From: Terriglobia bacterium
GTDB lineage: Bacteria; Acidobacteriota; Terriglobia; 20CM-2-55-15
Reading direction: 5' to 3'
Assembly: GCA_965198225.1 (NCBI GenBank)
Contig: CBDAOY010000005.1
Location: 192,001 to 256,000 of the forward strand
DNA length: 64,000 nt
Below are positions 60,305-64,000 of the stretch, one piece after another. The translations under genes and the position numbers were made by a program. The notes under the pieces were generated by a model, which saw only the letters and a list, made by a program, of their open reading frames with translations, was not told where the DNA came from and ran no database searches. Each line of letters begins with the position of its first letter. The stretch's first letter is position 1.

Positions 60305-60411
60305 TGTGGAAAAGCTTGTGGAAAAGCGGTGCTGTGTCGCTCTAAGCAGCCCTAAAACTAAGGTTTATAGCGTCTTGCGCTGATTCAAGGCGGGCGCGAA
60401 GCTGTGGAAAG
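60305..60411. promoter_or_regulatory. Cluster of DnaA-box-like 9-mers
   Basis: TGTGGAAAA at 60305 and 60317 and TGTGGAAAG at 60403, against the consensus TGTGGATAA. Confidence 0.4.
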
Positions 60412-60564
60412 TCCGGTAAATTTTTCGAAGCAAACGCACTCCTTGCGTGCTGGACACCCGGGGACAGGGCAAGCCCTGTCCCCCTCACATCGGTTCTCTC
60501 ACGGCGCTTTACGCTCAGCGAAAGAGCAAAATCTTGGTGCCTTCGCGCCTCCGTGGTTAATGTC

Positions 60565-61596
60565 TTAAGCGGGGACGGTGGGGAGAATTTCCAGGATGAG
60601 GTCTTTGAGCTGCGCAATACCTTCGCCCGTCTTGGCGGAGATCAGGGCCTCGCCCGTCCGGGTGGCGCGGGGGATCTCCACCAGGTCGGCCTTGTTGTAG
60701 ATCGTCAAACAGGGGTGGCCGCCCGCACCGAGATCCTCGAGTACGTCGACGACCACACGTGTCTTCTCCTCGTAAAGGGGATCGGAGACGTCGACGACGT
60801 GCAGAATCAAGTCGGCGGCGACGACCTCTTCCAGGGTCGCTCGAAACGCGGTCACCAACTGGTGAGGGAGTTTGCGGATGAAGCCGACCGTATCGGAAAC
60901 CAGAACCGGGGCGCCCGCGATGCGGATACGCCGGATCAGCGGGTCGAGCGTGGCAAACAGACGGCCCGAGACGACGGTCTCCTCACCCGACAACCTCGAA
61001 AACAGGGTCGATTTGCCAGCGTTCGTATAACCCACAAGCGACACCACGGGCACATGGCTCCGTTTCCGGCGCGATCGGTGGAGCTGCCGCTGTTTGCGGA
61101 CTTGTTCGATCTCCCGCTTCAGCTTACCAATCCGCTGACGGATCCGGCGGCGATCGACTTCGAGCTTGGTTTCACCCGGCCCGCGGGTTCCGATACCGCC
61201 GCCAAGCCGGGAGAGCCACTCACTCCGGCCCGCGAGGTGGGACACGCGGTAGTTGAGCTGGGCCAGTTCGACCTGCAATTTGCCTTCGCGCGTCTGGGCG
61301 CGACGGGCGAAGATGTCTAGGATCAGGCCGGTGCGATCGATGATCGTGACATCGAGCGTGTCCTCGAGGTTTCGTATCTGGCTCGGGCTCAAGTCTGCAT
61401 CGAAGATCACAAGGTCGGCGCCCTCGACCAGGACTTCCTCTCGGAGTTCGAAGGCCTTCCCCCTACCCACGAAGAACGTGGGATCGGGTTTGTCCCGATG
61501 CTGGATGACCTCTTTGAGGACACGTGCGCCGGCGGCTCCGGCCAGTTCCCGAAGTTCGTCGAGGGAGTGAAACCCGACCAGTATGGCTGATTCCAT
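60565..61596 (-). CDS. hflX: GTPase HflX
   Basis: EGKLQVELAQL, GPGETKLE, VGYTNAGKST, LFATLDP, DTVGFI and NKAD. Confidence 0.96.
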   Translation of the reverse strand: MESAILVGFHSLDELRELAGAAGARVLKEVIQHRDKPDPTFFVGRGKAFELREEVLVEGADLVIFDADLSPSQIRNLEDTLDVTIIDRTGLILDIFARRAQTREGKLQVELAQLNYRVSHLAGRSEWLSRLGGGIGTRGPGETKLEVDRRRIRQRIGKLKREIEQVRKQRQLHRSRRKRSHVPVVSLVGYTNAGKSTLFSRLSGEETVVSGRLFATLDPLIRRIRIAGAPVLVSDTVGFIRKLPHQLVTAFRATLEEVVAADLILHVVDVSDPLYEEKTRVVVDVLEDLGAGGHPCLTIYNKADLVEIPRATRTGEALISAKTGEGIAQLKDLILEILPTVPA

Positions 61597-61602
61597 TTAT
61601 TA

Positions 61603-61892
61603 GCGTCGGGCCCACCGTCCCCCTCTGCCCAAACTGAGAGAGTTGGCGGGCGCCGCCTCTGCTCGATCTGTCGCGGAGAAAGACCGCTGGTCCGGTCCCC
61701 CCACGCCCCAGAGTTATTCGCGTCGGGCCCACCGTCCCCCTCTGCTCCAAACTGAGAGAGTTGCCGGGCGCCGCCTCTGCTCGATCTGTCGCGGAGAAAG
61801 ACCGCTGGTCCGGTCCCCCCACGCCCCAGAGTTATTCGCGTCGGGCCCACCGTCCCCCTCTGCTCCAAACTGAGAGAGTTGGCGGGCGCCGC
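61603..61892. repeat. Tandem array of 117/118-bp near-identical units (about 2.5 copies)
   Basis: Units start at 61603, 61720 and 61838 (gcgtcgggcccaccgtccccctctg...cagagttattc). Confidence 0.9.
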
Positions 61893-61910
61893 CCATGAGC
61901 CTCGGGGAGG

Positions 61911-61979
61911 TGTAGGTGCGGTCTATGACCGCACATTAGTTCCGTTTCGGTGGATGTGCGCTCATAGAGCGCACCTACA
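61911..61979. repeat. GTAG-type REP doublet
   Basis: tgtaggtgcggtctatgaccgcac ... gtgcgctcatagagcgcacctaca. Confidence 0.8.
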
Positions 61980-62082
61980 GTCACTTTTCACTCGTCACTA
62001 CTCTCGGGGTTCTCTTGGTTCGCTTGGCCGCTCGCGCGGTTCAGCCGGCCGCTCGCGCGGTTCAGCTGGCCGCTCGCGCGGT

Positions 62083-62337
62083 TCAGCTGGCCGCTCGCGG
62101 GGGTGGTCGCGGGGGACCGTGGCCTCCGGCTTGCTTCGAAGTCGTAACAGTGGAGATGGCGTGCTTGAAGATGAGCTGTTCCTGGTGGTTCGCCTCGAGG
62201 ATGACCGAATACTTGTCGAAACCGCGAAGTCGGCCCATCAGCTTGACGCCGCTCATCAGGAATATGGTGACCGGCAACTTTTCCCGCCGAACGGTGTTGA
62301 GATAGACGTCTTGGATATTCTGAGACTTGCCTTCCAT
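62083..62337 (-). CDS. hfq: RNA chaperone Hfq (C-terminal tail probably frameshifted; extended end 61998)
   Basis: [26 protein letters not shown]....[14 protein letters not shown]; lies between miaA and hflX. Confidence 0.95.
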   Translation of the reverse strand: MEGKSQNIQDVYLNTVRREKLPVTIFLMSGVKLMGRLRGFDKYSVILEANHQEQLIFKHAISTVTTSKQAGGHGPPRPPPRAAS

Positions 62338-62362
62338 AGGGAACTCCCCCAAAAAGATAGAG

Positions 62363-63352
62363 TTAACTTCGAGACGCGGTGTCCGGCGGGGGGCCGGAAT
62401 GCGCGCTCAAAGCATGTTTTACAAACTGATGGACTCTTTTTCTGATCTTTTCATCATTTCCGAATCCATCGAACCATTGAACCGAATGCTGCCTGTTGAA
62501 CCAGGTTAACTGTCGCTTCGCGTACCGGCGGGTATCGCGTTGCATCAACATTATCGCCTCATCACGGGCGGTTTTTCCATCAAGATAGTCCAGAACATGG
62601 CGGTAGCCTATCGCTTCAAACGCCTTTGAGGTCGGGGCAACATCGGAGGCGAGCAAGCCGCGCACCTCTTCGGGCAGCCCCCGCTCCCACATATCCACTA
62701 CCCTCTGGTTGATTCGATCGTAAAGCGCCTGGCGGGGCGGATCGAGACCGATCAGCGTGAAGCTGAAGCCGACCAGGGGAGTCCTGGCCTCCTGGTCCAG
62801 ATGCTCGGAAAGGCGTTTGCCGGTCTCGAGCCGGACCTCGATGGCACGGATGACCTTCGGCTTGTCTCGAGGGGCAATCCTGCCGGCGGCGTCCGGATCG
62901 AGTCGCTCCAGGACACGATGAATGTGCGCACGGCCGCGGGTCTCGGCCGTGCGTTCCAACCTTTCCCGCCAGTAATCAGAGCGCCGGGGTCCCGCAAACA
63001 GACCTTCGAGGAGAGCCCGAAGATAGAGCCCCGTCCCACCGACAAGAACGGGGACGCGTCCACGTTCGCGAATCTCCGACATGACGGCGCGGGCCCGCCG
63101 CTGGTAGTCGCCAGCGCTGGACCGTTCCGCAGGATCAAGGACGTCGATCAGGTGGTGAGGTACTCGCTCCCGATCCCGCACGGAGGGCTTGGCCGTCCCG
63201 ATGTCGAGGTGACGGACGAGGTGGAGGGAATCATAATTGATGATCTCCCCGTCGAATTCTTCCGCGATTCCCAGGGCAAGCTCGGACTTGCCGCTGGCGG
63301 TCGGGCCCGCGATGGCGATCGCGGGATGGGAGGCGGAAACGGGTGGGCTCAA
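62363..63352 (-). CDS. miaA: tRNA dimethylallyltransferase
   Basis: [26 protein letters not shown] and [11 protein letters not shown]. Start is TTG 63352, or ATG 63385 supplied by the MITE. Confidence 0.95.
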   Translation of the reverse strand: MSPPVSASHPAIAIAGPTASGKSELALGIAEEFDGEIINYDSLHLVRHLDIGTAKPSVRDRERVPHHLIDVLDPAERSSAGDYQRRARAVMSEIRERGRVPVLVGGTGLYLRALLEGLFAGPRRSDYWRERLERTAETRGRAHIHRVLERLDPDAAGRIAPRDKPKVIRAIEVRLETGKRLSEHLDQEARTPLVGFSFTLIGLDPPRQALYDRINQRVVDMWERGLPEEVRGLLASDVAPTSKAFEAIGYRHVLDYLDGKTARDEAIMLMQRDTRRYAKRQLTWFNRQHSVQWFDGFGNDEKIRKRVHQFVKHALSAHSGPPPDTASRS

Positions 63353-63353
63353 G

Positions 63354-63532
63354 CTAGTGGCCTGTAACGGAGATATCGGCACCATCGCCGATGGGTCTTG
63401 CCAGTCGAGGTCGAGGAGAGAGGAGGAATTGATGCGGTTTCATCATGACGACGAACGACAAAGAGATCGACGGCAACCCCCATCGGCCCGGAGGGTTGCG
63501 GTGGAACCGATATCTCCGTTACAGGCCACTAG
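63354..63532. mobile_element. MITE-like element (179 bp) with 26-bp terminal inverted repeats ending in CTAG
   Basis: ctagtggcctgtaacggagatatcgg (63354-63379) is the exact reverse complement of 63507-63532; there is further internal pairing. Confidence 0.8.
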
Positions 63533-63999
63533 TACGCCCGGTCCAACTCGATTCCGCGGTAGTAGGTCTTCAGAATCTCTTCGGCGGCGGCCCCGTCGAT
63601 GGCCATTCCGTAGGCGCCGACCTGGCACATGCCGACACCATGCCCCCAGCCACCCCCGTAGAATGACATACCCAGCAGTTCTCGCCGGGAGTTACGCTCC
63701 TCGTCGATGTAGACCAGGCTGTCACGCAATCCGATAAGAGTTCGTAGCCGGGAGCCGGCGATGACCCGACTGCCGTCGGTTCCGCGAAACTCGACCCTGA
63801 CGGCGCGGTCTGACGGCCCGCGCGCCAGAACCCGGATGTCTTCGAGCAGGCCGATGTCGAGGGAGCGGATTGCCGTGTCGAGTTCTTCGCGAGTTCGATG
63901 GGTCTGCCAGCGCGCCAACGGCGAGTATCGATCCGCGGAAGGGTTGCCGATGTTAGGACGGTAGACGAGAGCCTCAATCTGACCGTCGAGAATCCGGAG
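63529..63999 (-). CDS. SpoIID/LytB domain protein, C-terminal part (runs off the right edge)
   Basis: G.GWGHGVGMCQVGAYGMA..G....EILKTYYRG; the frame is open to the window end. Confidence 0.9.
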   Translation of the reverse strand, partial: LRILDGQIEALVYRPNIGNPSADRYSPLARWQTHRTREELDTAIRSLDIGLLEDIRVLARGPSDRAVRVEFRGTDGSRVIAGSRLRTLIGLRDSLVYIDEERNSRRELLGMSFYGGGWGHGVGMCQVGAYGMAIDGAAAEEILKTYYRGIELDRAY

Positions 64000-64000
64000 A

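Noticed and set aside
61603-61892. CRISPR array
   Set aside because: Units are ~118 bp and near-identical throughout, with no unique spacers and no cas genes in the window.
1-64000. tRNA/rRNA genes, tRNA-Sec and sel genes, transposases, integrases, prophage or defence systems
   Set aside because: None recognised by eye or in the ORF track; a tRNAscan or Infernal run would be needed to exclude small RNAs formally.

Overview
GC-rich bacterial chromosomal segment. The gene content and order (yicC-gmk-rpoZ-coaBC-udg-priA; lptC/A-lptB-rpoN-hpf-rapZ-PTS; spoIID-miaA-hfq-hflX) suggest an Acidobacteriota-like diderm; this is an inference. The left ~28 kb is accessory metabolism and redox: a TRAP/SSS/aldolase/DUF1445 catabolic cluster, a tannase/MHETase-family esterase, a haloalkane dehalogenase, a Tat amidohydrolase, a rhodanese, GGT and a GGDEF protein. 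The right ~36 kb is mostly housekeeping, interrupted by a form II coxSLM-G molybdoenzyme operon and a two-gene satellite microcompartment locus. The most striking signal is a four-gene operon (13707-16662, minus strand). Two of its apparently split genes are single ORFs with in-frame TGA at the first position of a W-U-P-x-C motif, each followed by an equally positioned, covarying SECIS-like hairpin. This reads as an exported selenoprotein redox relay (Prx-like/DsbD-alpha fusion, VOC, TlpA, DUF3179). Also present: two CTAG-bounded MITE-like elements, several REP-like and tandem repeat families, an orphan promoter-driven structured RNA candidate, a sigma54 motif upstream of rpoN, a deleted K+ channel gene, and single-base frameshifts in rapZ and hfq. 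All family assignments come from motif recognition, not database searches.
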